From positions 288,001 to 352,000 of the forward strand of contig CAWKKR010000011.1 in the NCBI GenBank assembly GCA_963850305.1: 64,000 nucleotides of DNA, written 5' to 3'. The notes beneath the pieces are model-generated. The model was not told the DNA's origin, ran no database searches, and saw nothing but the letters and a program-made list of their open reading frames with translations. Source of the stretch: an uncultured delta proteobacterium. GTDB taxonomy: Bacteria; Myxococcota_A; Polyangia; Polyangiales; Polyangiaceae. The translations under genes and the position numbers were made by a program. Shown here piece after piece: positions 17,176-27,052 of this stretch (within the stretch, counting starts at the first letter, position 1; every line of letters starts with the position of its first letter).

Positions 17176-18363
17176 GTGAAACCGAGCCCCTCCCCCGACG
17201 CCGCCTCCGTGGTGCTGACCTTCCTCGAGAGCGTGGGCCGCCGCTCCGAGGCCGAGCTCTACCTGAAACTGTTCCGGGAAGTCCCGAAGGAGAGCTTTGC
17301 CATCATCGCGGCCGAGGCCGCGGTCATCCGCTATGCCGGGGGGTCTCTCGTCGAGCAGCTTCGATTCTTGCGGGAGCTCGGGTTGTTCGCGCCGATCGTC
17401 GTCGGATTGTTCGAGCCCGTGAGCGCCGAGAAAGCGGCGACTCGCCTTGCCCGACGATCGGCCGAGATGGGCGCCGTCGTGGAGGGCCAGCTCGACGGGC
17501 AGCTCGTCTCGCGCGTCCGGACGGAGCTCGCGGAAGAAAACTTGCCCATCGTGTCCCTGGCCGCCGCCGGAGAGGAGACGCTCGCCGACCGCTTCGAACG
17601 CATCGGACAGCTTGCAGGCGAGCTCGGAACCCGGAAGATCGTCGTCTTGAGGCGGCGCGGTGGGCTCGCCCGGCCAGGCCGCTCCGCTCACGCCGAGCGT
17701 GGGATCTCGGTGGTCAATCTCCGCACGGATCTCCCCTCCTTGCGCGAGCCACGCGCCCTGCCCCCGGACGACGCGGAGCTGCTCGATCGTCTCGAGACGC
17801 TGCTGCTCCGGCCCGACTGTGCTCGCGCCGTCGCCAGCGTGACGTCACCGTTCAACCTGCTACGCGAGCTGTTCACGGTGAAGGGCGCCGGGACACTGAT
17901 CAAGCGGGGCACCGCGATCTTGCGTCACGATACCATCTCCACTTTCGATGCATTGCGCGTCGTCTCGCTGCTCGAATCGAGCTTCGGTAGAAAGCTGCTC
18001 AGGGACCCGTTCGCCGTGACGCCGCTCGCCGTCTATCTCGAAGAGAACTATCGCGCCGCGGCCATCCTGGTGGAAGCTCCCATCGCCCCTTATCTGGCAA
18101 AGTTCGCCGTCGACCGCATCGCGCAGGGCGAAGGCATGGGGCGCGACCTCTGGGAGACGATCGCGCGGGATCATCGCGCCGTGTACTGGCGAGCGCGGGT
18201 GGAAAACCCCATCGCTAGCTGGTATGCATCCCTGTGCGACGGCATGATCAAGGTCGGTAACTGGACTGTCTATTTCCGGGGCGTGGACACCAAGGATGTC
18301 CCGCGAATCGTCGACGATGCCGTGGCGAGGCCAGAGGACTTCGCCGGGCCGGAGGCGTCCTAG
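17176..18363 (+). CDS. N-acetylglutamate synthase/kinase-like protein (AAK + DUF619/NAT domains)
   Basis: LLRELFTVKGAGTLIKRG linker, LLESSFGR, YLAKFAV...AQGEGMG, WRARVENP...WY. The AAK motifs are degenerate. Confidence 0.8.
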   Translation: MKPSPSPDAASVVLTFLESVGRRSEAELYLKLFREVPKESFAIIAAEAAVIRYAGGSLVEQLRFLRELGLFAPIVVGLFEPVSAEKAATRLARRSAEMGAVVEGQLDGQLVSRVRTELAEENLPIVSLAAAGEETLADRFERIGQLAGELGTRKIVVLRRRGGLARPGRSAHAERGISVVNLRTDLPSLREPRALPPDDAELLDRLETLLLRPDCARAVASVTSPFNLLRELFTVKGAGTLIKRGTAILRHDTISTFDALRVVSLLESSFGRKLLRDPFAVTPLAVYLEENYRAAAILVEAPIAPYLAKFAVDRIAQGEGMGRDLWETIARDHRAVYWRARVENPIASWYASLCDGMIKVGNWTVYFRGVDTKDVPRIVDDAVARPEDFAGPEAS

Positions 18364-18696
18364 ATGGTCTTTCTCGTCGCGTTCCTCGTCGTGATCGCCA
18401 TCATCGGTGGCCTCGTGTACGTGCTCGTGATTTACCGGGAAGTACCGGGGGCCGTCGAGCAGCGCTTCGGAGTACTGGAAGCGCTCCCCGAAGACATCGG
18501 ACAGTGGAAGGTCGACGAAGACACGGAAGAAGGCAAAGCCGCCGTCTCGCAGGGCCTGAAGCGAGAAACGCGGCTCTTCCACGACGTCCGGGCGAACAAG
18601 CTCCTCCGCCAGACCCGGTACCGCAATCGCGCCACGAACGAAGTTCTGCGCGTGGACCCGGACGAGACCGTAAAGCGCAAGCGGGTTCGCTCCTGA
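18364..18696 (+). CDS. Small single-pass membrane protein
   Basis: N-terminal TM helix; starts immediately after the previous stop. Confidence 0.6.
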   Translation: MVFLVAFLVVIAIIGGLVYVLVIYREVPGAVEQRFGVLEALPEDIGQWKVDEDTEEGKAAVSQGLKRETRLFHDVRANKLLRQTRYRNRATNEVLRVDPDETVKRKRVRS

Positions 18697-18712
18697 CACT
18701 GCGCCCGCAGGC

Positions 18713-19255
18713 TCAGGTCCGCGCGGCGCGTCGTTTCGCCATCACCGAAAGCGCGATGCCCAGCATGCAAATCGTCGCGGAGAACGGAAGACCCCAATCC
18801 GCATTCTCGCTCGGAAAGGTGAAGGCCCATTCGTTCGGGTCGGGGACGGGGGCAAGCGCGGGCGTCATGGGGATGCGGTGTTCGGCTCGCAGCGCGAGAA
18901 GGTAACCGGCCGTGGCGGCCCGCACGGCGCCGTCCAGGTCGTGAACCGCCAGGTAAGGGCCGACCCATCGACGAAACAGGTAGTCGCGAAACCCCGCGCG
19001 TGCGAACTCCGTGAAGCGCGCACCGGGAAGCACGGCGAGATCGCCGTCCCCGAGCACGATGAGCGTCTCCTCCGGCGAGGTCGGCCTTGGCGAGCCCCCG
19101 ATGACCACGCGCGCCGGATAGCCGTGCGCGTCTGCCAGCGACAGCTCGGCTTCCGTCGAGTGCCAGGTGAGCCCGGATACACCGGTGTCGTTGCACCCGA
19201 CGAGAAGAGAGACGGCGAGACCGAGCGTCGCCCCGCGCCGAGCCAGCGCGCTCAT
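18713..19255 (-). CDS. Lipoprotein-like protein with C-terminal TM helix
   Basis: MSALARRGATLGLAVSLLVGC lipobox; C-terminal hydrophobic helix + KRR; ATGA overlap with the upstream gene. Confidence 0.55.
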   Translation of the reverse strand: MSALARRGATLGLAVSLLVGCNDTGVSGLTWHSTEAELSLADAHGYPARVVIGGSPRPTSPEETLIVLGDGDLAVLPGARFTEFARAGFRDYLFRRWVGPYLAVHDLDGAVRAATAGYLLALRAEHRIPMTPALAPVPDPNEWAFTFPSENADWGLPFSATICMLGIALSVMAKRRAART

Positions 19256-20839
19256 GGCTTCATGACCTCGATCCAGTGGATCCTGTACAGGCACTGCCGA
19301 GGAGCGGAGCCCCACGTCGCGCGGGCCCCATCGAGCCATGGAAGCGGCGCCGTCACTCTTTCCGAGACGCGCTCCAGTTCGATACCCGTCGCGCCGAAGA
19401 TGCCGAGAATCTCTCCGAAGTTGAACGCGTCCGGAAAATCGGGGTGGTACCCGAGCGGTAGCACGACGTAGTCGGCTCCAATTTTCCTCAGCCACTCCGG
19501 CACGCGCGCGGCTTCGAGGTACGGCAGGATCTTCGGTCGAACCAGCCCGCCGAGATCCTCGATCTTACGTCCCGAGAAATAACCGACCGCTCCGATGTCG
19601 AAGCTGGCGATCACGGCATGTTCAGGCAGCTGCGCGACGTCGTTCGCGATGCCGATTTCCGTGTTCGTCTCGTGCGCCACGGCGCTCTCGTTGGCCGCCC
19701 CGAAGCTCACGAGCGCGTGCGCCATCCCGACGGCGAGAGGCAGCGCCAGAGCCACGGTGACGAGCCACGTTCGCCGAAAGCCTGGCACGAGGGCACGAGA
19801 GACCTCGACGAACCGCGAGAGACCCGCGAGCGCCGCCATACAGAGTAAGCCGGGCAGCAGGGGCTGGTAGCGACCCCCATGACCCGTCGAGGGCAGCAGC
19901 GCGGCGTACGTCATGTAAGCCACGATGGCCCACGCGAAGACGACCGAGATGCGGGTTCTGCGCTCGACGAGGAACGCATAGAGCCCGAAGGCCGCGACGC
20001 CGAGCACCGTGTAAAGCGCGAACGGGGAGGTGGTGCCGAGCGTGTACTCGGCGAGCCGATCGAACCACTGTCCGCTCAAGGACTCGAACCGATCGAGCCC
20101 CGTAGAATCCTCGAAGCGCTACCAGGGCGAGCCACCGTCGCCCGGCGAACGTGCCGGGCAAGAGCTCGCCCGTGCGCAGGAGATTGCGCGAGAAATAGAA
20201 GAGGGCAGCAAGCGCTCCCGGCGCGATGAGCCTTGCGTTTCGGCGCCCGTCTCCGAGCCGGAACGGGACGAGGACCGGCGCGAGAAGAAGCATCTCCGGA
20301 CGCGTGAGAAAAGCGAGCGCGTACGAGCACCCGGCACCGACTTGCGACCGCGGCGAGTCCTCGAAATAGAGCAGGATCGTCACCAATGTGAGGAGCGTGA
20401 CGAGCATCGTTTCCATCCCCGTCAGCGCGAACCAGACGAAGTTCGCCGCGCAGCCGAAGGCGATCGCGAGGAATGCGCCTTCCCACGGCCCGAATCGATC
20501 CCGACGCGCGAGGCCGTGGACGACCTGGCCCGCACCCAGGTAACAGGCGAGTGCCAGCAGCGCCGCGAAGAGCGGCGGAGCCACGTGGAGCAGCGCCGGA
20601 TCGAGGGCGAGAAGGGCCGCCCACAAGACGCTCGTCGCCCCCGAACCCGGTCGGGAGACGTCGAAGCCGAGCACCCCGTGCGCCGCGAAGTTCCGCGCAA
20701 CGACCTGATGAATCCAGGCGTCGTCGAGCGGAAAGCCCGTCGGGAGCTTCCCCCGGCACACGAACCCCATCGCGACGAGTTGACCGGCGAGAACGGCTGA
20801 CCGCGGCCCGATGCGCTCGGGATGCCATTCGGCGCCCAT
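19252..20839 (-). CDS. Polytopic GT-C-fold (ArnT/PMT-like) glycosyltransferase, split by a frameshift near 20115-20120
   Basis: N-half: LDDAWIHQVVARN, GATSVLW, GMET, TRPE. C-half in another frame: GRYQPL, DIGAVGYFS..IEDLGGLV. Confidence 0.7.
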
Positions 20840-20870
20840 CGAACCGCGATGATATAGGCAAGAGAGCGCC

Positions 20871-22985
20871 TTGGTTCAATCTTCCGACAGCCCGCACGCC
20901 GGGGCGCCGAACGCCCGGAGCACTTCGATACTCGGCGCGGCGTTCGGAGGTAGCGTCGCGCTCGCCGCCCTCGCGGTGCTCGAAGCCTTGGTCCGATCGG
21001 ATTCGCCGGACATCCTTTCTGCGTGTCTGGCCGGCTCCGCGGGCGCAGCGCTCGGCGCGAGTCTCGCCGCCGGGCGTTCCGCGATGCGATCGCTTTCGCA
21101 AGGCAAACAGGCGGCGGCATGGACTCTTGCGGGCGCGGGGCTCGGTCTGCTGCCGGCCGTGACCGTCGGCGCGATCGCCAAGCTCGCTGGCCCACATCGA
21201 GTCATGGCCGGCATGACGCTGGTCGGGAGCTGCGTCGCCGGTGGCTTGCTCGGCCTGAGCCTCCAGCTGATCACCCGGTCCGGTAATGGTCGCTCGAGAA
21301 CGACACATCTCGTCACGAACGCGCTCCTCGTTCTCGGAGCGCTCTTCGTCGCGCTCGCCGCCGAGGTCGCGGACGAGCTCTTGCTGGTCCTCCGGACCTA
21401 CCCGCCGCTCCGCACCGCGATGACGGTCGGCACGTGGCTGCTCGTTTCCGCGATCGGCGCCGCCGTTCTCGTCGGCACACGAACACGCTGGACTCGACTC
21501 CTCCACTCGGCCTGGTTCGCTGCGCTCGGCATGGGTCTCGGCCTCACCGTGACCCGCTCCGCGGACCAGGTCGGGAGGTTGCTACTGAGACCCACGAGCG
21601 GCCTGGTCGTCGCCATGGGCCGCTCGCTGACCGACTTCGACCGCGACGGCTCGTCCTCCCTGCTCGGCGGAGGCGACTGCGCACCGTTCGATCCGAAGGT
21701 CAATCCGAGCGCCCGCGAAATCCCCGGGAACGGCATCGACGACAATTGCCGCTTCGGAGATCCTCCCGCGCGGCGCGAAGAGCTCGTCAGCACACCGAAG
21801 GTCGCGAGTCCCGCCCCGCTCAACGTGCTTCTCGTCACGATCGACACTCTCCGCGCCGATCACGTCGGAAGTTACGGATATTCCCGCCCCACGACACCGC
21901 ACCTCGACGCGTTCGCCGAGCGCGCGCTCCGCTTCACGCACGCCTACACGTCAGGCGGATGGACGTGCCTCGCCGTACATTCCCTGATGGCCGGCGCGTA
22001 TCCGCGGCGATTCGACTGGCAGCCGGCGGCCATCCTGACGTCCGAGCGCGTCGTCTCGTTCCCGTGGGAAACTCAGCTCCGCCCGGGCGAGTCCTGGATG
22101 AACACGCTGTCAGAACCCACCCGTGCACCCGCGAACTCGCTCCCCTCGTGGCTCGGAGCGCGCGGAATGCGCGTGGTGGCGGCCGTGGCATCGACGCCCG
22201 CGGCGGTCTTTCGATACGAGGGATGGTTCGAGCGGAACTTCGAACGCTCGATCGTCACCCAGCCGGATTCGAACGACGAGGCAGTGGCTGACGCAGCCAT
22301 CGAGCTACTTCGAGCCCCCGACAATCGCCCCTTCTTTCTCTGGGCTCACTTCTTCGAACCCCACGAGCCGTATGAACACCATCCGGGTCTCCCGATCTTC
22401 GGCGACGAGCTCGTGGACCGGTACGATCACGACGTGGCGTTCGCCGACGAACAGGTCGGACGCTTGCTCGACGCCGTTGCGGCCCGCACCGGGCGCGAGA
22501 CGGCCATCATCGTCGCCGCGGACCACGGGGAGACCTTCGTCGGCGGATTTCCGGTGCATGGCGCGGACCTCCAGGAAGACTCGATTCGCATCCCCCTCCT
22601 TCTGCGCGGCCCCGGCATCGAACCCGGCGTGACCGCCGCTCCGGCAAGCCTGGTGGACATTGCTCCCACCATCTACGACTGGACCGCCACGCCGCGACCT
22701 CCGGATCTGGATGGCGTCAGCTTGCTGCACGCACCGTCGCACCGCATCGTGCTCACAGACATCTGGCGGCACGACCGCGACGGTAAAGTCTATCTGGACC
22801 TCGTGGGCGCGACCGGAGCCACACGGCGACTCGTGCGCGACCAGAAACGCGAAGCCTGGTACTCCTACCGGGTCGGTGACTACACGAGACCCCCCGTGCC
22901 CCTCCACGAGCCTCCCGACCCGGCCTTGTCGAACGCCATCGGCCGCTATCTGGAAGAAACCGGCGTCATCGTGAGCGCGCCGTGA
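20871..22985 (+). CDS. Multi-TM alkaline-phosphatase-superfamily (sulfatase-like) protein with a MopE-like metal-binding motif
   Basis: Several TM helices; DFDRDG..GGDCAPFDPKVNPSAREIPGNGIDDNC; TIDTLRADH, FFEPHEPY, ADHGE, HG and SLVDIAPT. Confidence 0.82.
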   Translation: MVQSSDSPHAGAPNARSTSILGAAFGGSVALAALAVLEALVRSDSPDILSACLAGSAGAALGASLAAGRSAMRSLSQGKQAAAWTLAGAGLGLLPAVTVGAIAKLAGPHRVMAGMTLVGSCVAGGLLGLSLQLITRSGNGRSRTTHLVTNALLVLGALFVALAAEVADELLLVLRTYPPLRTAMTVGTWLLVSAIGAAVLVGTRTRWTRLLHSAWFAALGMGLGLTVTRSADQVGRLLLRPTSGLVVAMGRSLTDFDRDGSSSLLGGGDCAPFDPKVNPSAREIPGNGIDDNCRFGDPPARREELVSTPKVASPAPLNVLLVTIDTLRADHVGSYGYSRPTTPHLDAFAERALRFTHAYTSGGWTCLAVHSLMAGAYPRRFDWQPAAILTSERVVSFPWETQLRPGESWMNTLSEPTRAPANSLPSWLGARGMRVVAAVASTPAAVFRYEGWFERNFERSIVTQPDSNDEAVADAAIELLRAPDNRPFFLWAHFFEPHEPYEHHPGLPIFGDELVDRYDHDVAFADEQVGRLLDAVAARTGRETAIIVAADHGETFVGGFPVHGADLQEDSIRIPLLLRGPGIEPGVTAAPASLVDIAPTIYDWTATPRPPDLDGVSLLHAPSHRIVLTDIWRHDRDGKVYLDLVGATGATRRLVRDQKREAWYSYRVGDYTRPPVPLHEPPDPALSNAIGRYLEETGVIVSAP

Positions 22986-23329
22986 AAGCTGTCTGCTGCA
23001 CGTTGTTGCACGAGCGTGACGGAATGCTCCAGCATCACCGTCAGACTCGCTTCGTCGAGCATTCGAGCCGCCCTTGGCGAGACATGCCGGGCTGAGGCGA
23101 TTTGTCAGAGCTTGGGCGTCGCATCAATGCGAACCAGTCGATGGCGCGACCGCCTTCGAGACACGCGACGCGGGGTCGTGCATCCCTGATTATCCCGTCG
23201 CACTCAAGGTCTGCTCCGTTTCATATCAGGAGCCGTGCGCGGTCGACACGGGCTGCGGTCCCGCGGGCTTCACGTGCAATCACGACGCGGGAGAGCTTTG
23301 CTCGGGTGGAAACTGCACTCCGGTCTCGC

Positions 23330-23461
23330 GATATTCGCGCCCTGTTCGGCCTCAGCAAGAAAGCCTTCAAACGCGCCGCGGGGCGCTTGCTGAAGGGGCG
23401 CGCGGTTACCATCGACGCCCAGGGTTGGGTGCGGCCGGGGAAGGGCGACCGAGAGAGCTAG
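23330..23461 (+). pseudogene. Isolated 3' fragment of a CvfB-like S1 RNA-binding protein (winged-helix tail)
   Basis: DIRALFGLSKKAFKRAAGRLLK...TAG matches the CvfB C-terminal motif; no S1 domains upstream. Confidence 0.65.
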
Positions 23462-23510
23462 GGGTACGCGCGAGACATGTCGGAGCGGCCGCCCAATGGT
23501 AGGGCGTGCC

Positions 23511-24356
23511 TCACGCGGTCCACTCTTCGCTTCGCCGCCACAGTTCCGACGCGAGCGCCACGTCTTGCGCCGCCTTGCTGGGTTCCACGGCCTGACACTT
23601 GTCGTAATAGAGACCGCTCTCCTTCTCGCACGTCGGCGAGGTGGCGCAATAGAGCGTCGTCCTGGCGCCGTCCTCCGTCGTGAGCATGAAAGACTTGATG
23701 AGCGGACGCAATGGCCAGGGGACTTGTCGCCAGACATCCGAGGCGACGACGCCGGGATGAAGCGAATAGGTCGTCACTCCCGTGCCCGCAAGGCGACGCC
23801 CGAGCTCTGCGTTGAAGAGCACGTTCGCGAGCTTGGACACGTTGTATTCAGGCACCGCGGTGCGCGTGACGGTCGGCCTTCGAACGGCATCGAAGTCGAC
23901 GCTTTTCGCGCGGTAGTGACCCTTGCTGGCGACGGTGACGATCCGTCCGGGGGCCGACTGCTCGATGCGCGGAAGGAGCAGGGAGGTGAAGGAGAAGTGA
24001 CCTACGTGGTTGACGCCGAATGCGAGCTCGAAGCCCGACCTGGTGAGCCCACGTGCGCCTGCGAGACCCGCGTTGTTGATCAGAAGGTGAAGCGGTAATC
24101 CTTTGGCGAGAAATTCCTTCGCGCACGCTCGCACCGAGGCCAGATCTCCGAGATCGAGCGACAACGTCTCCACGTCGCGTCCGGTTTCGCTCCGGATCTG
24201 CTCGACGGCGGGCCTGGCGCGCTCTTCGGAGCGACAGGCGATGAACACGCGCGCCCCTCCCCTCGCGAGCTCTTTCGCCGTGACGAGACCGATGCCGGTA
24301 TTCGCGCCCGTGATGATGGCGACTCGGTCGGACAGAGAGTGACTCGTATCGTTCAT
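23511..24356 (-). CDS. Short-chain dehydrogenase/reductase (retinol-dehydrogenase-like)
   Basis: TGANTGIG, NNAG, VNHVGHF, YNVSK and LHPG. Confidence 0.92.
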   Translation of the reverse strand: MNDTSHSLSDRVAIITGANTGIGLVTAKELARGGARVFIACRSEERARPAVEQIRSETGRDVETLSLDLGDLASVRACAKEFLAKGLPLHLLINNAGLAGARGLTRSGFELAFGVNHVGHFSFTSLLLPRIEQSAPGRIVTVASKGHYRAKSVDFDAVRRPTVTRTAVPEYNVSKLANVLFNAELGRRLAGTGVTTYSLHPGVVASDVWRQVPWPLRPLIKSFMLTTEDGARTTLYCATSPTCEKESGLYYDKCQAVEPSKAAQDVALASELWRRSEEWTA

Positions 24357-24418
24357 GGGAAGCGGGAGCATAATTTCGAAAGTGCCTCTGGCGCCAGCAT
24401 CAGTCCGACGCCCGTGGC

Positions 24419-25288
24419 TCAGGTCTTTCTCGCCATGATCATCCACGTGCTCGACGGGAGGTAGACACCTCCCTCACGCAGATGCCCCTCGAGCATCGAG
24501 GTGAGCTTCGCCCGGATCTCGGGGAGCTTCCGCCGTCCCTCCTCGCCGGCTTCGCGCACGATCTCCCCCGAGGGTCCGACGAGGATCTGGTAGTCGATCG
24601 CTTCTTCCACCGTTCGGCCGATGCACATGTCGAGGTCGAGGCGCTCGAACAGGTCCACCTGACTGAAGCCGGCGGCGGCGAGCATTTCACGATCGGTCTC
24701 CTCGTCCGCCCACGAGAACGGGCCGGGCCCGCACGTCTGCGCGTTGTCGCCGGGCGGCGGAAGGAATTCGCGCACGACGGTCTTCGCGGCGCCCCACGCC
24801 GGGTTGTCCAGGAGGCCGCGCCATACGATGAGGCAGACCTTTCCGCCCGGAACCAGCGCTCGATGGACGTTTCGCAGCGCTCTCACGGCGCTCTGGAAGA
24901 ACATCACGCCAAACCGCGCGAATGCGACGTCGTAGTAGCTCGGTTCGAGCGGATGCACCTGGGCGTCCCCGATCTCGTACCGGACGTGCGCAGGGCCCGC
25001 CACGTCGCGTTCGCGATTAGCGATCTCGAGAAAGGCACTCGTGCAATCGAGCCCGAGCACCTCTCCCGATGAACCTACCAGGCGATCGAGCTCGAGGCTC
25101 GTCTCCCCGAAGCCGCATCCGAAGTCGAGCACGCGATTTCCCGGCTGAACGCCGAAGCGCGGAATCGCGACGTCGCTGTGAAGCTTTCCGTTGCCGGAGA
25201 GCAGATGCCGGAAGCGGATCCATTTCGGAGTGAGGACCTCGTTCCAGCATCCGATGAAGTCTTCATTGTCCGCGGCGACGTTCGTCAT
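24419..25288 (-). CDS. Class I SAM-dependent methyltransferase
   Basis: VLDFGCGFG, GDAQ, ARFGVMFF, LVPGG and PGPFS. Confidence 0.9.
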   Translation of the reverse strand: MTNVAADNEDFIGCWNEVLTPKWIRFRHLLSGNGKLHSDVAIPRFGVQPGNRVLDFGCGFGETSLELDRLVGSSGEVLGLDCTSAFLEIANRERDVAGPAHVRYEIGDAQVHPLEPSYYDVAFARFGVMFFQSAVRALRNVHRALVPGGKVCLIVWRGLLDNPAWGAAKTVVREFLPPPGDNAQTCGPGPFSWADEETDREMLAAAGFSQVDLFERLDLDMCIGRTVEEAIDYQILVGPSGEIVREAGEEGRRKLPEIRAKLTSMLEGHLREGGVYLPSSTWMIMARKT

Positions 25289-25324
25289 CGAAATGGGCTC
25301 CGGGGAGGGACGTGTCTCGGCGTG

Positions 25325-25490
25325 TCACGTGACTCGCAGAAAGTTTGCCTCGAAAGCGTTCATCGTGGGGCCGTAGTACTCTCTGAACGCTGCCGCCAGC
25401 TCGAGGGAGCGGGCCGCGATGGTTGAACGTGCATGTGTCCCGGATCAACGCGACGTTCTTCTTCTCGACCCTCGACGTCACCGACCTTTG
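25325..25490 (-). pseudogene. Degraded C-terminal remnant of a second SAM methyltransferase
   Basis: Minus strand gives ...NVALIRDTCTFN, a frame change, then ELAAAFREYYGPTMNAFEA joined directly to NFLRVT*. Confidence 0.55.
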
Positions 25491-25582
25491 GTCGAGCGTT
25501 CGGGCGCTGCGTCCCCAGCGCGTCCGGCGCCCGCGCACCGGCCGGGATGCACGAGCAGACCCGAGACGCCTCGGATGGCGGC

Positions 25583-27052
25583 TCACCGTGAGGCTCGCCG
25601 ACGTCGTCGAACGAGCGCAAGCCCGGCGATCCCCATCCCGAATGCGAAACGGGACCTGGGATTCGCTTCCGTCTGCGCGGCCGTGCGGCAACTACAACCG
25701 CCGTTCGAAGTCGCGCTCGGGGTATGCGCGCCCGCGTCCGCCGTGCCAGCCGCACCTGTGCCGGTCCCACCGCCGGAGCCAGTTGTGCCGCCCGAGCCGG
25801 TCGCGCCGCCCACTTCACCCGCGCCGCCTGAGCCAGTTGCGCCGCCAGAGCCGAGCGCGCCGCCTGAGGCACTCGCATCGCTCACTGACGTCGTGCCGCC
25901 TGAGCCGGTCGCGCCGCCTGAGGTACTCGCATCGCTCACTGACGTCGTGCCGCCAGAGCCGGTCGCGCCGCCAGGGGCACTCGCATCGCTCATTGACGTC
26001 GCGCCGCCAGAGCCGGTCGTGCCGCCCGCGGTACTCGCATCGCTCACTGACGTCGTCCCTCCGGATGACGTGGTTCCTCCGCTTGCGGCTGCATCCGGCG
26101 CGGCAGCGTCCGGCGGCGCAATAAAACAGACGCCGGCCCAACACTTCCCAGCTCCGCACGAGGATCCGTCCGAGGCGAAGGGATCCTGGCAGGTGCCTGT
26201 GATCACGTCGCAGGTCCCGGCTGCCCGGCAAGGTCCGGAAGGCGCGCAAAGCGTGGGAGTTGCCAGGACGGGCGCCCCTGCGAGCTCGCAGTCGGAGAGC
26301 GCGCGATAGTAGAGACGGATCTCATCGACGTCCCCGACGAAGTAATTGTTGTAGGTGCTCGAGATGGGATTGCTGCCGAAGCTGACCCGCTCCGTGGAGG
26401 TGAGGTCGGTCACCGCGGTCGTCGTCTGGGTGTCGCTGCTGATTCCGTCGATCCAGAGGGTAACGCTCGTGCCTTGCCGCCGACCGGCGATGTAGTGCCA
26501 CTGGCCGTCATCGATGGCGGTGCTCAGATGGGCACCGGCGCCATTCGTCCCTGCGACGTCCTGGTACATCTCGAAGCTCACGCCGCCGCCGCTGGTCGTC
26601 CGGAAGCCCCAGAAATTGCATGCCGACCCACAGTTTCGATTCCCGAGGAGCTCGCTGTTCGCGGCAACCGATGTGCGGATCCAGAAGGTCGCGGTGAAAT
26701 CGCTGGTGCCGACGAGGTCCGGCACCCCGAGGTCCACGATCGAGCCTGCGCCTCCCCCCGGAAGCGTCACGGCGCCGTTCGCGACGCCGCTCGAGATCCG
26801 GGTAGTCGTGGCGCCCAGTGTTCCGTCGTCACCGCCGGTCAGCCCGGTGTCCGTCGCGGTCGTATTTCCGGCCTCGTTCGGCTCGTCGAACCTCCACCAG
26901 TGCGCGGGCCCCGAGCCAATGGCCGCCACGACGGTTCCCGTCGCCGGCGTCGACGAACGGTCCGTGGAGCATCCGAGCGGCGCGCCCCCGACGAAGCCGA
27001 CGAGTGAGAGCGCCGAGACGGCGCGAGCCGCGGAACGATACTGACTCTTCAT
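25583..27052 (-). CDS. LamG/concanavalin-like surface protein with Gly/Ser/Thr stalk and MYXO-CTERM-like tail
   Basis: LGC lipobox-like site, HWWRFDE, FTATFWIR, DDGQWHYI, GDVDEIRLYYRALS, Cys-rich module, GGCSCR + TM + RRRRR. Confidence 0.85.
   Translation of the reverse strand: MKSQYRSAARAVSALSLVGFVGGAPLGCSTDRSSTPATGTVVAAIGSGPAHWWRFDEPNEAGNTTATDTGLTGGDDGTLGATTTRISSGVANGAVTLPGGGAGSIVDLGVPDLVGTSDFTATFWIRTSVAANSELLGNRNCGSACNFWGFRTTSGGGVSFEMYQDVAGTNGAGAHLSTAIDDGQWHYIAGRRQGTSVTLWIDGISSDTQTTTAVTDLTSTERVSFGSNPISSTYNNYFVGDVDEIRLYYRALSDCELAGAPVLATPTLCAPSGPCRAAGTCDVITGTCQDPFASDGSSCGAGKCWAGVCFIAPPDAAAPDAAASGGTTSSGGTTSVSDASTAGGTTGSGGATSMSDASAPGGATGSGGTTSVSDASTSGGATGSGGTTSVSDASASGGALGSGGATGSGGAGEVGGATGSGGTTGSGGGTGTGAAGTADAGAHTPSATSNGGCSCRTAAQTEANPRSRFAFGMGIAGLALVRRRRRASR
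25860..26075. repeat. Coding tandem repeat, 4 x 54 bp (GGATGSGGTTSVSDASxS)
   Basis: Units start at 25860, 25914, 25968 and 26022 and share the core actcgcatcgctca(c/t)tgacgtcg. Confidence 0.9.

Noticed and set aside
16441..17691. N-terminal 400 aa of the 1041-aa MutS ORF
   Set aside because: Arg/Gly-rich shadow reading that overlaps two better genes; the real start is the ATG at 16440.
25860..26075. CRISPR array
   Set aside because: The repeats are in-frame coding units with no unique spacers, and no cas genes are present.
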